Shown one piece after another: positions 22,232-42,724 of a stretch of DNA of 64,000 nucleotides. The stretch's first letter is position 1. Every line of letters begins with the position of its first letter. A model generated the notes under the pieces. It had not been told where the DNA came from and did no database searches. It saw only the letters and a program-made list of their open reading frames with translations. The stretch comes from the human T2T-CHM13v2.0 reference genome, Homo sapiens: assembly GCF_009914755.1 (NCBI RefSeq), contig NC_060938.1; one strand, written 5' to 3'. Position numbers and translations under genes: made by a program.

Positions 22232-22804
22232 ACATTTGCTTAAGTATATCTTTTTATTAAATTCAAATACAGTTTAAATAAAAGGGACAAATTTAGGGCC
22301 TTTGTAATTAGTAAACGGTTTGTTTTTGTAAAGTTTTTCTACTGTTTTTAAATGTGAGGTAAGGTCATAATTTGCTTCATATTAGGTTGGTGCAAAAGTA
22401 ATTGCAGATCTGCCTCTGAAAAGTACAAAATCTATTCGCTGTTACGTTAGGGCTCTATTTTGATAGTTTATTTTTATTTAGTAGTAGTCTATTGGGCCTT
22501 CAAAACTTGTTTAAGCATATTTATACATAATTATGTGCATCGTCTTGTGCTTTCTCACATTCATAAAGTAGATAGGAAAACTCCATAGGCATCAAGTGTA
22601 AACGAAGGACTTAATGTTGAATTTGTTGTGGAAATTGGCACAAATCTCAATATAGAACATTGGTTAATTATTAATCTTACCAAATGCTTATCTCACTTTC
22701 CCTAACTCAAGTTATACTCAAGAAATACAAAGATAATTGAATTCTAATCTATGCTGACATAAAACTTGCTGCAGAAATTAACACTTAAAACTTGCAAATT
22801 ATAT

Positions 22805-23145
22805 TGTCTTAGCCCAGGCTGCTCAAACAAAATACCATAGACAGGGTGGCTTAAACAACAGACGATTATTTGAGTTCTGGAGGCTGGCAAGTCCACAGTC
22901 ATGGTCCGGCTCTGGTGAGGACCCTCTTGCTGGCTCGCAGATCCCTCCCTTCTTGCTGTATCCTCACACGGCCAAGAGAACGAGTTCTTGCCTCTTCTTA
23001 CAAGGGTACAATCCTGTCATGGAGGTTTCTACCCTCATGACCTCAATCTAAAACTGATTATCTTCCAGAGACTCCACCATCACATCTTGGGGGTAAGGAT
23101 TTCAACATAAGAATTTGAGGTGATGCAAACATTTAGTTCATAACA
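22805..23145 (-). mobile_element. MaLR (MLT1-like) LTR
   Basis: tgtcttag...aaaataccatagacagggtggcttaaacaacag...ttctggaggctggcaagtcc...ttcaacataagaatttg...taaca. Confidence 0.75.
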
Positions 23146-23565
23146 CATATAAATTATTTTTTTTTACTTTGCTCATGAATTATTAGTGCTACTGTTTTGT
23201 ACTATTTAAAATGCAGAAAATGGGAATTAAATATATAGGATTTAAAACAATGTGTCAAGAAATTCAAGGTTATCTGATTCTCATGCCATCGTGACTTGTT
23301 AGTTCATTTATTGAACAGGTAATTATTGAACAACTTAACTAGTTATACATACTTGATACTTAAGTGAATTGTATTATACATTTTACACATACTATGTATC
23401 AGTGAACAAATAAAAATCTTTTCTGTCATGGAACTTAATGCTCTAGGTAATAAAATAACATCTATAAACTCACTTAAACTTATCACTAGCAAATGAAAAC
23501 TTATTATCTGGTAATTTCTAGAATTGTCATGTTAAATTGCTTTAAGTATGGAGCCAAAAGCACTA

Positions 23566-23891
23566 CAGGTTGAGTATCCCTAATCTGAAAAATCTGAAAT
23601 GCTCCAAAGTGAAACTTTTTGAGTGTCAGCATGACAGCACAAGTGAATTCCACACCTGACCCCATGTAATGGGTCACTGTCAAAATTTTGTTTCATGCAC
23701 CAAATGACTGTATGAAATTACGTTCAGAGTATATATGGTGTGTGTGAAACATAAATGAATTTTGTGTTTAAACTTGGATACCATCCCCAAGACATCTGAG
23801 TATGTATATGCAAATATTTCAAAATCTGAAATCTGAAACACTTCTGGTCCTACCTTGGGACCAGCATTTTAGATAAGGGATACTCAACCTG
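23566..23891. mobile_element. Tigger4/MER46-type non-autonomous DNA transposon
   Basis: Perfect 16-bp TIRs caggttgagtatccct / agggatactcaacctg, flanked by TA on both sides. Confidence 0.85.
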
Positions 23892-24475
23892 TATTGAATA
23901 TAATAAGATGTCATTGAAGTTGCCATTTTTAACTTCAGGAAAATTTTTAAATGGTAAAAGGTTAATTAGATTCTGTGAAGTATGTAAATTAATTCTGACT
24001 CTTAAAGTATACTGGGAGAGGCAAGGAGTTGTCTAGAGATTTGGGTTCCAGTACTGCTGTTAACTAGGTCGGTGATGTCCAAGTATTTGGTAATGTAACT
24101 GTTTTATGTCTTAGTGGTTCTCTCTAAACAATAAAGATTGCAGTCAATATATATTAACTACCATTTATTAAACACTTGCTGTGTGTCCCAGGTGCTATGC
24201 CAAACATCTTACATAAAGGTTCCATCAAGCTCTAAAATTGTAGGTATGAAATATCCCTGTTAACCTTTTGAGGACATTAATGTATTAATCTTGAATCATT
24301 GAAATATCTTGCTGCCCACTTCAGGTATATTATAAAATTAGCTTTAATTCCCTGGACTTAAGCAGAGATGTGGGTTCTGTGTATTTTCAAACATCTGTGT
24401 TATATAGTAAGATGATGTTTGATATTTTAAAATATTTATCTTCCCTGTCCTCCCCCTGCTTTTTTTTTTATACAG

Positions 24476-24573
24476 CTACCTGTACTACAGAAACATGGAA
24501 TAACCCATATAATATGCATACGACAAAATATTGAAGCAAACTTTATTAAACCAAACTTTCAGCAGTTATTTAG
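24476..24573 (+). CDS. STYX: STYX coding exon 4 (98 nt): LPVLQKHGITHIICIRQNIEANFIKPNFQQLF(R)
   Basis: tatacag| ... AG|gtaaga. Contains the DUSP-type GITHII motif. Confidence 0.95.
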
Positions 24574-25674
24574 GTAAGAATTATTGCTATGATTTGTAAA
24601 ACACTTAATGAAGTTTCATTTCAGGTTTTGTACCATCAGTTGTTTCTGTACATATCTAGTTTGTAAAAATGGGTCATATAGTACATAGTTTTTTAAAATA
24701 AATTTTACTTAAAATACTTAAATAAATTATGCCCATAATGCAGAATTCTAAAGGTTCAAAAGAGTGTATATTGTCAAGAAGTTTCTGGGAAAGTAAAAAT
24801 AAAAAAGAATTTAAAAATAATGTATACTGAAAAATAGGTTTTAGTGTACATTATTTTATCTCTTGAGGGATAAAGGAATTGAGTATCTAGGGGATAGGTT
24901 TAGGGAAACAGCATCTACTGTTACCTCTTTATTGGGTAGTTTTTGAGTGTTAGGTTAAATTTATGAGCATAGTCTTATAGATAAATTTTTTTTTACATTG
25001 GCTTTCTTTTTTACTTTATATTTTTTGGAGATTGGTTTATATCGGTATGTATATCAAACTGCTTATTCTTTTTAAGTTGCATTGTAATCCATTGTATGGC
25101 TATACTAAAATTTATTCAATTAGTCTGTTAGATATTTAGATTGTTTCTGGCCTTGTACTAATATGTATAGCATATAGTGACTATCATTGTACATATTACT
25201 CAATTTATATGTGAGCATATTGATAGGGCTTATTTGCAGAATTGCTGGATATAAGAGTATGAACATTTTAAATTTTGATAGATGTTGCAGATTGTTTTCC
25301 AGTGCGTTGTATCAGTGTACATTCCCATTATCAAGTATGTGAGAGTGACTCTTCCCTTAGTATCTCTCCAAGACGGAATTGTGAAACATTTTTAATTTCT
25401 CAAAGTCTAATGGAGTAAAAATGGTATCTCATTTGATGTTCTTATTTATCTTGTAAGTTCAGTTGAGCATGTAATGGTTTTTAATGTTCTTTATTTTAAC
25501 TTCATTTTTAAAATAGAGTATATTACGCATGGTACAAAAGTGAAAGGATATGTAAACATATATAATGAAAGTAACTCTACTTTTTCTCTTAACCCAAGCC
25601 ACCTTGCTCCTATCCTGGGAGGCAGCTTCTTCCTTCAATATCTATGTAAAAGTATATATGTTAAAAATATTTTA

Positions 25675-30780
<5,106 letters not shown>

Positions 30781-31112
30781 CCTTTAATTGTGCTTGTAAA
30801 GCTTGCTACTTTTACTTTGCTATGACTGAAAATTATGTGATTGTGTTTTTAAAAGAATTATTTGTAGAAAATTTTTTATGATCTCCAGAAATTTGAGGAA
30901 TCATATTGTGAATGTATTGGACTTAAATTAAATTTTGGCTTCTTTAATTTTTTTGGACTTGTAATAGTTCTATTTATAGCATTTTGGAAATTGGTGAATC
31001 AAAATAATTTTTATACATATAAATTAGGAAATTGTTTTCAATAGGTTTCATTTTGTTTCATTATATGCATTTATTTTATGCTTACATTAATCCACATGTC
31101 TTTTGCCTCCAG

Positions 31113-31149
31113 ACTAAGGAATTTATTGATGGGAGCTTACAAATGGGAG
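31113..31149 (+). CDS. STYX: STYX coding exon 6 (37 nt): TKEFIDGSLQMG(G)
   Basis: ttttgcctccag| ... G|gtaaat, frame consistent. Confidence 0.94.
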
Positions 31150-31536
31150 GTAAATAACATTTCCTTTCCTTAACTAATGTTTATATTTTGATTATTTGTT
31201 AATTTTTTAGTTGGTATTTGTCTTAAATGCAGGATATGGAAGTTACAATTATATGTAGTAGCTTACTCCCAAATTTGTATTTTCCCAATTACTTGTTTCA
31301 TTTGGATAGGCTTTCTGGAGTATCCCTGTAGACTGTTTTCAAATTCTCTGTGAGCTTTCAGTTTCTTTAATAAGAGTCTGCTATATTCTCTACACAGTTG
31401 ATAATAACAAATTGTAAAGATTTGAAGATATCCAAGTGATTATAGTATATAAGGAGTTACTTTACTGTGGTTTCAATGTAGTTCAGCTACTGACTCAGGT
31501 GTTTTTCTATTAGAATAATGAATTCATGTTTTTCAG

Positions 31537-31576
31537 GAAAAGTTCTTGTGCATGGAAATGCAGGGATCTCCAGAAG
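31537..31576 (+). CDS. STYX: STYX coding exon 7 (40 nt): KVLVHGNAGISR(S), degenerate PTP signature loop
   Basis: tttttcag| ... AG|gtatga. HCxxGxSRS appears as HGNAGISRS. Confidence 0.96.
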
Positions 31577-31667
31577 GTATGAAGTTAGAAATAATCTTTC
31601 TTTCTATAACATTTAATTAATGGGCTGTATTTTCTGGTTGTTTTTAAAATTATTTTCCCCTCTTCAG

Positions 31668-31718
31668 TGCAGCCTTTGTTATTGCATACATTATGGAAAC
31701 ATTTGGAATGAAGTACAG
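31668..31718 (+). CDS. STYX: STYX coding exon 8 (51 nt): AAFVIAYIMETFGMKY(R)
   Basis: cccctcttcag| ... AG|gtaaga. Contains the DUSP AY(L/I)M motif. Confidence 0.95.
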
Positions 31719-32331
31719 GTAAGAAAATACCCTAAAACCTAGCCACAGTTTAAATTCTCATTAAAATGAAACTTAATGGGAATAGTTTGGAAGTTTGAAG
31801 TTCTTATTCCCCTGATTATTTTTCATGTAGTCATGTTTGATTAGGCAGGCCCTTATTCCATGATTAGTCTTAACCTAATTTATCTACTTGTATAGATATG
31901 CATAGGCTAATATGGAAATCCTATGGAAAACTACTTACCTACCACAAGGGAATTGGTTGGTATGAGTATAAAAACTCGTGACCACAAATGTTAGTGCTTG
32001 CCTTATTTAAAGGGCTAATTTATCATGTTCTCCTTTAACAATAGTTGGATGAAAAATTACCTAGGAATTGTTTGCAGCATCTATTTACAATTCAGAGTAG
32101 TCTTTCTTATCAAAAATCATCTTTTCCAAGCATTCTGTATAGATTTTTTAAAAGATAGGGGGTGGTAATGAGCTTCTTGCCCCAAGACAAAGCAAAAGCC
32201 TGGCCAGTGTACAGTATTTCCTTTCTCAGCTTTTCTTGTTCTACAAATTAGAAATCTTATAGTAATCATTGACACATCTTTCTATTTCAGTCCCCTTTTA
32301 TATCTAAATTAGAATGGATAACTTTGCTTAA

Positions 32332-32604
<273 letters not shown>

Positions 32605-33475
32605 TGATCCACCTGCCTCGGCCTCCCAAGGTGCTGGTATTACAGGGGTGAGCCACTGCACCCAGCCAGAATACAAATATTTAATTGAAAAAAGATTAAA
32701 CATGTATTGATGGACTTTATGTTTTATATATTGTTTTTATTATTTCGAATTTTGTCAGACCATTAATGTTGGAAATAACTTGTATTTATTGGGTCTCTGC
32801 TATGAGCTCAGTACTATTATAGGCACTTTAAGCCTCATAACAAAAGTAAATAAACCTCTTTAACCAGTGATAGTATTTTGAGCTTGAACTTGTACTATAT
32901 GCACAAAATGCTTACATTTTATATATTTATTTTAGAGACAGGGTCTTCCTTTGTTTCTCAGGCTGGAGTGTAGTGGCACAATCATAGCTCACTGTAGTCT
33001 CAGACTTGAGGACTCAAGTAATCCTCCCACCTCAGCCTCTCAAGAAGCTGGGACTATACCACATCACTGTGCCTGGCTAATTTTTAAGTTTTTTGTAGAG
33101 ATGGGGTCTTACTACATTGCCCAGGCTGGTCTCAAAGTCCTGGCTTCAAGCAGTCCTCCTGTGTTGGCCTCTCAAAGGATTGGGGTTACAGGCAAGAGCC
33201 ACTGCACCTGGCCACTTTACACTTACCTCCTATTCATAGTAGTTCCCCAAGGTAGGTGTTATTAGACTCTTCATTTTACCAATGGACAAAATAGAGCTTA
33301 GAGAAGTTGAGCAAGCTGCCGTAAGCATATAGCTGGTGAGAAAAGGAATTGTGATATTTAATCTCATCATGCTTTTTCCATTACAACTCATTACCCCTCT
33401 CTATTGCTAAGTTGTATGATTATGATTAATTCATTAAATAATGCTATCACATTAACACTCTTTTTCTGTTTTCAG

Positions 33476-33548
33476 AGATGCTTTTGCTTATGTTCAAGAA
33501 AGAAGATTTTGTATTAATCCTAATGCTGGATTTGTCCATCAACTTCAG
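33476..33548 (+). CDS. STYX: STYX coding exon 9 (73 nt): DAFAYVQERRFCINPNAGFVHQLQ
   Basis: ttttcag| ... CAG|gtaact. Contains the DUSP RxxIxPNxGFxxQL motif. Confidence 0.96.
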
Positions 33549-34851
33549 GTAACTTTTCTTCCTCTTTAAGGCAATCAGAAGTAAGATATAAAATCTTTTA
33601 TACATGTAATTTAGGTGTACAATTTACTTTGTGAATACTTAAAATTGCCATAATCTGACTACTTTGATGCTTTATTCAAGTTTATATCTCTATTTAGAAG
33701 TATTTTCTTGGCTGGGTGTGGTGGCTTATACCTATAATCACAGCACTTTGGGAGAACAAGGCATTTGGATTGCTTGAGGCCAGAAGTATGAGATCAGCCT
33801 GAGCAACAAAGTGAGACCCAATCTCTAAAAAATAAAAAATTAAAAAAAAATTAGCCAGTCATGGTGGTGCATGGCTGTGGTCCCAGCTACTCAGGAGGCT
33901 GAGATGGGAGGATTGCTTGAGCCCAGGAGTTTGAGGCTACAGTGAACAGTGTGTCTTTGCACTCCAGCCTGGCCCACAGAGTGAGACCCCATCCCTAAAA
34001 AATTAAAAAAACTTTTTTTTCTTAAAGGCTGGCATTACCAAGAAAAAAGGGTTAAAGACACATTATCAAATCTAAAGTAAAATAATTGCTGTTAGAAATG
34101 TCTGATTTTTTTTTGTTGTTCATTTTGATCACACAGAGCATAAGACAGTTTTGATTCTAAGTATACTAACTATAACAGCTTTTTCTATTCTATGTTTATC
34201 TTTTCCATGTTGTTTCATATTTTGTTGATGCCTGGCAGATGCACTGACAAAGATGATAAGTCTATGAATTAACCTAATTAGACCACGTTGCTCAGTTTAT
34301 TCCAAGAGGCAAAATCATAGGCTGCAGAATGTGCTCTGGCTAATTACATCCAATTATGTAGGAATAAAGCTCATGTTTCAACATCAAGAATATTTATTAC
34401 AAAATATATTGTTATAGTTACCAAGGTTTAAATTTTATTTTAATATTTAATTTACTTTTAATTTTTACTACATTCAAAAGAGAAACAGTGTCATCTGTGT
34501 TCAGCCTGTTCATGTAAAATGTTTGTCTTCTAACTTTGTAAGTTTCTTTGCCTTTTACCATGTTGTAGAAAACATTGTTTTTTTTCATTTTTTTTAAACT
34601 ATTTTTTAAGCTTTTCTTTTTTTTGTGGATACATAGTAGGTTAGGTATTTCGATACAGGCATGCAATGTGTAATAATCACATCATGGAAAAATAGAGTAT
34701 CCATCCCCTCAATCATTTATCCTTTGTGTTACAAACAATCCAATAATGCTCTTACTTGTTTTCAAATGTGTAAAAACATTCTTTTTTAAAATTAATTTTT
34801 GTATTTGAAAGAATAGTATATACATATGTTTAAGAAGATTGGCCTGGCTCA

Positions 34852-36064
<1,213 letters not shown>

Positions 36065-36438
36065 TAGCCTACCGATTTGAAATATCATTTTTATTTTATA
36101 CCAAATTCTGATATGTCCTTTAGAAGTTTGAAGTTTTCTTTTTTAAGGTGCTTATGGAATGGCTAGTTCTAGTTTTTGAACCGTTAATATGGTGACTTGA
36201 GTTACTGGATCACATTAGATTGGATTTCCTAATATTGAATCATCCTTTTGGTCCAGCAATGGATCCCACTTGGTTATGATAGACTGTTCTGTTAATGTAT
36301 TGCTGGATTGTATTTGCTAATCTTTTTGTTCAGGATTTTGGAATCAGTTAAATAGTAAATTGGTTTGTCTTTCTTTTTTTTTTCTGTACTATCCTTTTCT
36401 GGTTTTACTATCTCTGTCACAGTGTTCTCATTTTTTAG

Positions 36439-36963
<525 letters not shown>

Positions 36964-37733
36964 TGAGCCACTGCTCCTGGCCTGGTTTGATTTTCTGATA
37001 CCCCTCAGGTCACTTTGGATGTATTTATGATCTTCTGTGTAATCATTGATTTCATAAGAGTTCTACATAGAATTAAGGAAAATAATATCTTGTACTTTAA
37101 TATCTTTTGGTTCTATTATTTTTTTTCTTCATCTGGTTAGTCCATGTTGTTTTTCTGTATTCTAATTTCTGCTTCCTTGGTACTTTGCTTTAGTGTTGTT
37201 TGCTGCTGCTGTTGTGAATTTCCTGAGTTGAAAACTTGGTTTCTTTTTATTCTTTCAAAAATTCAAGGCTATTAATTATCCTCTTTGCATTGTGTTAGTC
37301 GCATGCTGCAGATTCTCATCTGCATTATTTTTATGTTATAGCTTGATATTCTGTGATTTCAGTTTTGGTTTCATTTTTTATCTAATATGTGTTGAGATTT
37401 TTTTTATTGTATAGGTGACTGGGTTTTAAATTTTTTATTTTTGTTCATATTTAGTTTTATTACATTGTAATCACAGAATGTTTTGTAGTACTTGTATTTT
37501 TTGATGTTTTCTTTGTGGTTTAATATGTAGTTGTTTTCATGAATTTTATGGGCATTTGAAAAGAAGATGCATTCTGTTTTCAGGGGATAAAGTTAAATGT
37601 ATTTGTCCACTTGATCTGTCTTGGGCTGAAATCAGTGAATTGAAATCTTTTACTATATTGTGTTTATTTTTTCTTTATTTCCCCTTTTTTGGTTCTGCAA
37701 GTTTTTTTCTGTACTTAACTATTTGGTACATAA

Positions 37734-38018
<285 letters not shown>

Positions 38019-38435
38019 TGATCCTCCCACCTCGGCCTCCCAAAGTGCTGGGATTACAGGTGTGAGCCACTGTGCCTGGACAAATTTCGGTTATTTTACC
38101 TTGCAGTTAACCTCGTTTAATATTGTGAATCCTACTCTTTCTGTTCGCTTGCTACCTTTTGAGTTTTCCCATTCCTTTTCCTTCAAGCTTTCTAAATCAC
38201 TTGATTTTAGATGCTTTTCCTCAGTGTAGTCTAGGATTGAGTTTTGCTATTAGATTTGGTATCATTGTTTCCTAATAGGTGAATTTAACCCACTTTCATT
38301 TACTGAAAATGACAGATACAATCTTATCTATTATTATTTCATATTATGCTTTCTGTTTTAAATGAATCCTTTTTTTAACCTTCTGCTATAGTTTAAAATT
38401 TTTTGGTGTGTTTATGTTTGTTACATAATTTTTAA

Positions 38436-38922
<487 letters not shown>

Positions 38923-39399
38923 TGACAGTGGCTAGATATAAAATAGGTATTTAATACTTTTTCCCTAGTGATTTTGTACACAGACCTGATATTAAATATT
39001 TTTTGTTTGTTTTTTATTTTTTGGAGATGGAGTCTCACTCTGTCGCCCAGGCTGGAATGAGTGCAGTGGTACAATCTAGGCTCACTGCAATCTCCACCTC
39101 CCGAGTTCAAGTGATTCTCCGCTTCAGCCTCCTGATTAGCTGGGATTACAGGCACATGCCACCACACCCAGCTAATTTTATATTTTTAGAAGAGATGGAA
39201 TTTCACCATGTTAGCTAGGCTGGTCTCAAACTTCCGACCTCAGGTGATCTGCCCTCCTCGGCCTCCCAAAGTGTTGGGATTACAGGTGTGAGCCACCGTG
39301 CCTGGCCTAAATATTGTTTTAGAGAAGTTTGAAGGCAGACCAATTTTAAGATTCCCCCCTTAGGTGAATTGATTTGTATCAGGAGAAGGTTGTCTAGAT

Positions 39400-39745
39400 C
39401 AGCAGTCTCCAACCTTTTTCACACCAAGGACCAGTTTCATGAAAGACAATTTTTCCACGGATGGGGTGGCGGGGGAGATGGTTTCAGGACAAAACTGTTC
39501 TATATCAGATCATCAGGCATTAGTTAAGGAGTGTGCAACCTAGATCCCTCGCATACCATAGGGAGGGATAGGTTTACCATAGGGTTTGCGCTCCTGTGAG
39601 ACTCTAATGCTGCTGTTGATCTGAGAGGAGGTGGTGCTCAGATGGTAATGCTCCCTGGAGTGCCACTCACCTCCTGCTGTGTGGCCTGGTTCCTGACAGG
39701 CGATGGACCGATTCTGGGGTCTGCAGTCCAGGGGTGGGGACCCTC
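39400..39745. mobile_element. MER1B-like hAT-Charlie MITE
   Basis: cagcagtctccaacctttt...ggaccagtttcatgaaagacaatttttccacgga...ggggaccctc. 8-bp near-TSD gtctagat/atctagat. Confidence 0.8.
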
Positions 39746-39954
39746 ATCTAGATGACCATAAGATGCTTTATCAAGGTGTATCCTGGTTTTTTATGTTTTT
39801 GTTTTTTGAGGGGGTCTCGCACTGTCACCCAGGCTACAGTGCAGTGGCGCGATCATGGTTCACTGTAGCCTTGACCTCCTGGGCTCAAGTGATCTTCCCA
39901 CCCTAGCTTCCTAAGTAGCTGGGACCATGGGTGCACACTATCACACCTGGCTAA

Positions 39955-40239
<285 letters not shown>

Positions 40240-42630
40240 TGAGACCACACACCTGGCTTAGTTTTTTAAATTATTTTTGGTAGAGATGGGGTTTTGCCAT
40301 ATTTTCCAGGTTGGTCTCAAACTCCTGGGCTCAAGCGATCCTCCCACCTTGGCCTCACAAGGTGCTGGGATTACAGGCATGAGCCACTATATCCGGCCAA
40401 GATGTATCTTGTTGATTGCTCTACATCAGTTTTTTTCTGAGTCACAGTGTGCCCTTACCACTTGCAAATTCAAGCCTTCCCTGATTTCAGGAAAGTTGTC
40501 TTCTATTGTGTATTTACCCTTTTGGTTGTTCTGTTTCTTTTTCTTTTTAGTATACCCCTTACCCCGGTATAGTTTATGTTCCCTTTTTTCTTTGTTATTT
40601 GCTATTTTCTCTGTAATTATTTGCAGCTTTGTTCTTTTTTTTTTTTCCACTTGATTTTTCTCACGTTTGTTTTCCATGTCCCATGCTGCATTGTTTCATT
40701 AAATATTTATTTGGCATTGTTTTAGTTAGGCACTGACAGTAAAGCAGAGAACAAAACAGACAATAATCCTTGACCTCACGAAACTTATTTAGTGGGAGAA
40801 TCAGACAACAAACAAAATGTAGTAGGCCAGAAGTAATGAATCCAAGAAAAATAAGGCCATGTAAGGAAGGTGGGACGAGAATTGTATTTTTAGAAGGGTG
40901 GTCAGAAATGGGCTTACTGAAAAGTGATATTTGAGCAAAGACCTAAAGAGATGCACGTATTTGGGGAAAAGCATTTGAGGTAGAGGAATAAGTGTAAGTG
41001 GTTTGAGGTGGGAGCATAGTTCTTAGAAGGATACTCATTTCATCATAGGGCCAGTCCTCTCATGACCTCATCCCAACTTAATCACCTGCCAAAGTCCCCA
41101 CATTAAGTGTTTGGACTTCAACATATGAATTATGAGGGGAATGCAAACATTCAATCCCATAACTGCCATATTTTCTTTGATTAATTTGTTCATAGTTTTC
41201 ATCTGCTTCATGGTATAAGTTTTATGGCATTTTCTTTATGACATTTGGTTATACTCTTGCTTTTCTGTTTTTGTTTTGTTTTGTTTTGTTTTTTCTTGCA
41301 AAATCTTTGAGTAAGACCTAACTGGTTCCTTCTTGATTATTGGTCATCTTTGAACTGGAGGTATTCGTCTTAGATCAGCTATTTACCCAAGAATAAAATT
41401 GTGGGAAAGGGGCCAGAGGAGTGGTTGGGGAAGGCTGACAGCTTGAATTTTCCCAGGTTCCTTTGGTGGCATGAATCAGTGAGTAAGAAGCAGAGCTCCT
41501 TATATCACAGGTTTATTTTGTTTAAATTGATAAACACTGATTCATATTAGAATCACCTGGGGAATCCTTACCCATGCCAATGAAATCAAAATCTGTGAGA
41601 GTGGGGCCTAGGTATATAGGTTTTAAAGTGCCTCAGGTGATTCTCATGTATATCCAGGCTAGAATTGCTGATTTAGCCTTTACTTTTAGCTATCCAAGAT
41701 CAACTGATGCTTGGCTACATGCAACCAAATTTCACTTCCGCCTTACCATACTTAAACAGCCTGCTGCTTGCAAAAAATGGCAGGTGTAGGTGTTCACATT
41801 TTCCTTAATATGTCCCACCTTCTCCCATAGGCCACTCATATTTCCTGACTTTGTCATACCATGCAAGGGCTTGTTGGTTTTATTTTAGGTCACCTTTTTT
41901 AGCGAGCTATGAACTGTACCTACTCTGGCCCACAGAGGAGTTATCTGCTATGCCTAGCTTAGGATGGTTCTATTTTTTTTGAAAATTTTATTGTGAAATT
42001 ATAATATAGAAAATGCATAAAATGTAAATAAACATCCATGTAACTATTGCCGAAGTATGGAAACAGAATGTTTACCAGGACACCAAAAGCCTTTTTCATG
42101 CCGCTTCTCAGGCACAAATCTGTTTCTCCCTCTGTAAAGTAACCACTATCCTGACGTAGCTGGTAATCAATTCCTTTTCCCCTCATTCTTCTCATTTTCA
42201 GGGTAATGGATGTTTCCTAGTTTCATCAAATGTTTTCCTTGTTTTCAGAAAAGAGAGAAACAAAAATGCCTTTATTCTTCTATCTATAACTGGAAGCAGA
42301 GGACTATTGAGATTGCCAATTTAAGTTTTTGGTGTTTTTTGGGGTTTTTTTAAACAGATGAAGTCAGAGATCATTATAGCTAATGCCATACTGACTGGCA
42401 GTTCAGCATGCAGTACCCTAGCACAAACTATTAGCCGGGCTTGATTTATAGTTATCAGTAGTTCTGAATTTATGAGACAGGAATTTTAAACTTCCATTTC
42501 TCTTCAAACAATATGGCACTAGATTTTTCAATACAGATGAAGAATACCAACAGTGTATACATTAATCACTATTTTGGGTATCCAAGAATGTAAATATATA
42601 ATTAAGTTAATTAACTTATTTTTTTTTTAG

Positions 42631-42724
42631 GAATATGAAGCCATCTACCTAGCAAAATTAACAATACAGATGATGTCACCACTCCAGATAGAAAGGTCAT
42701 TATCTGTTCATTCTGGTACCACAG
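42631..42724 (+). CDS. STYX: STYX coding exon 10 (94 nt): EYEAIYLAKLTIQMMSPLQIERSLSVHSGTT(G)
   Basis: poly-T ag| ... CAG|gtaagg, frame consistent. Confidence 0.94.

Noticed and set aside
22381-22405. MADE1/mariner-like end (attaggttggtgcaaaagtaattgc)
   Set aside because: Only one 25-bp end is visible, too little to call an element.
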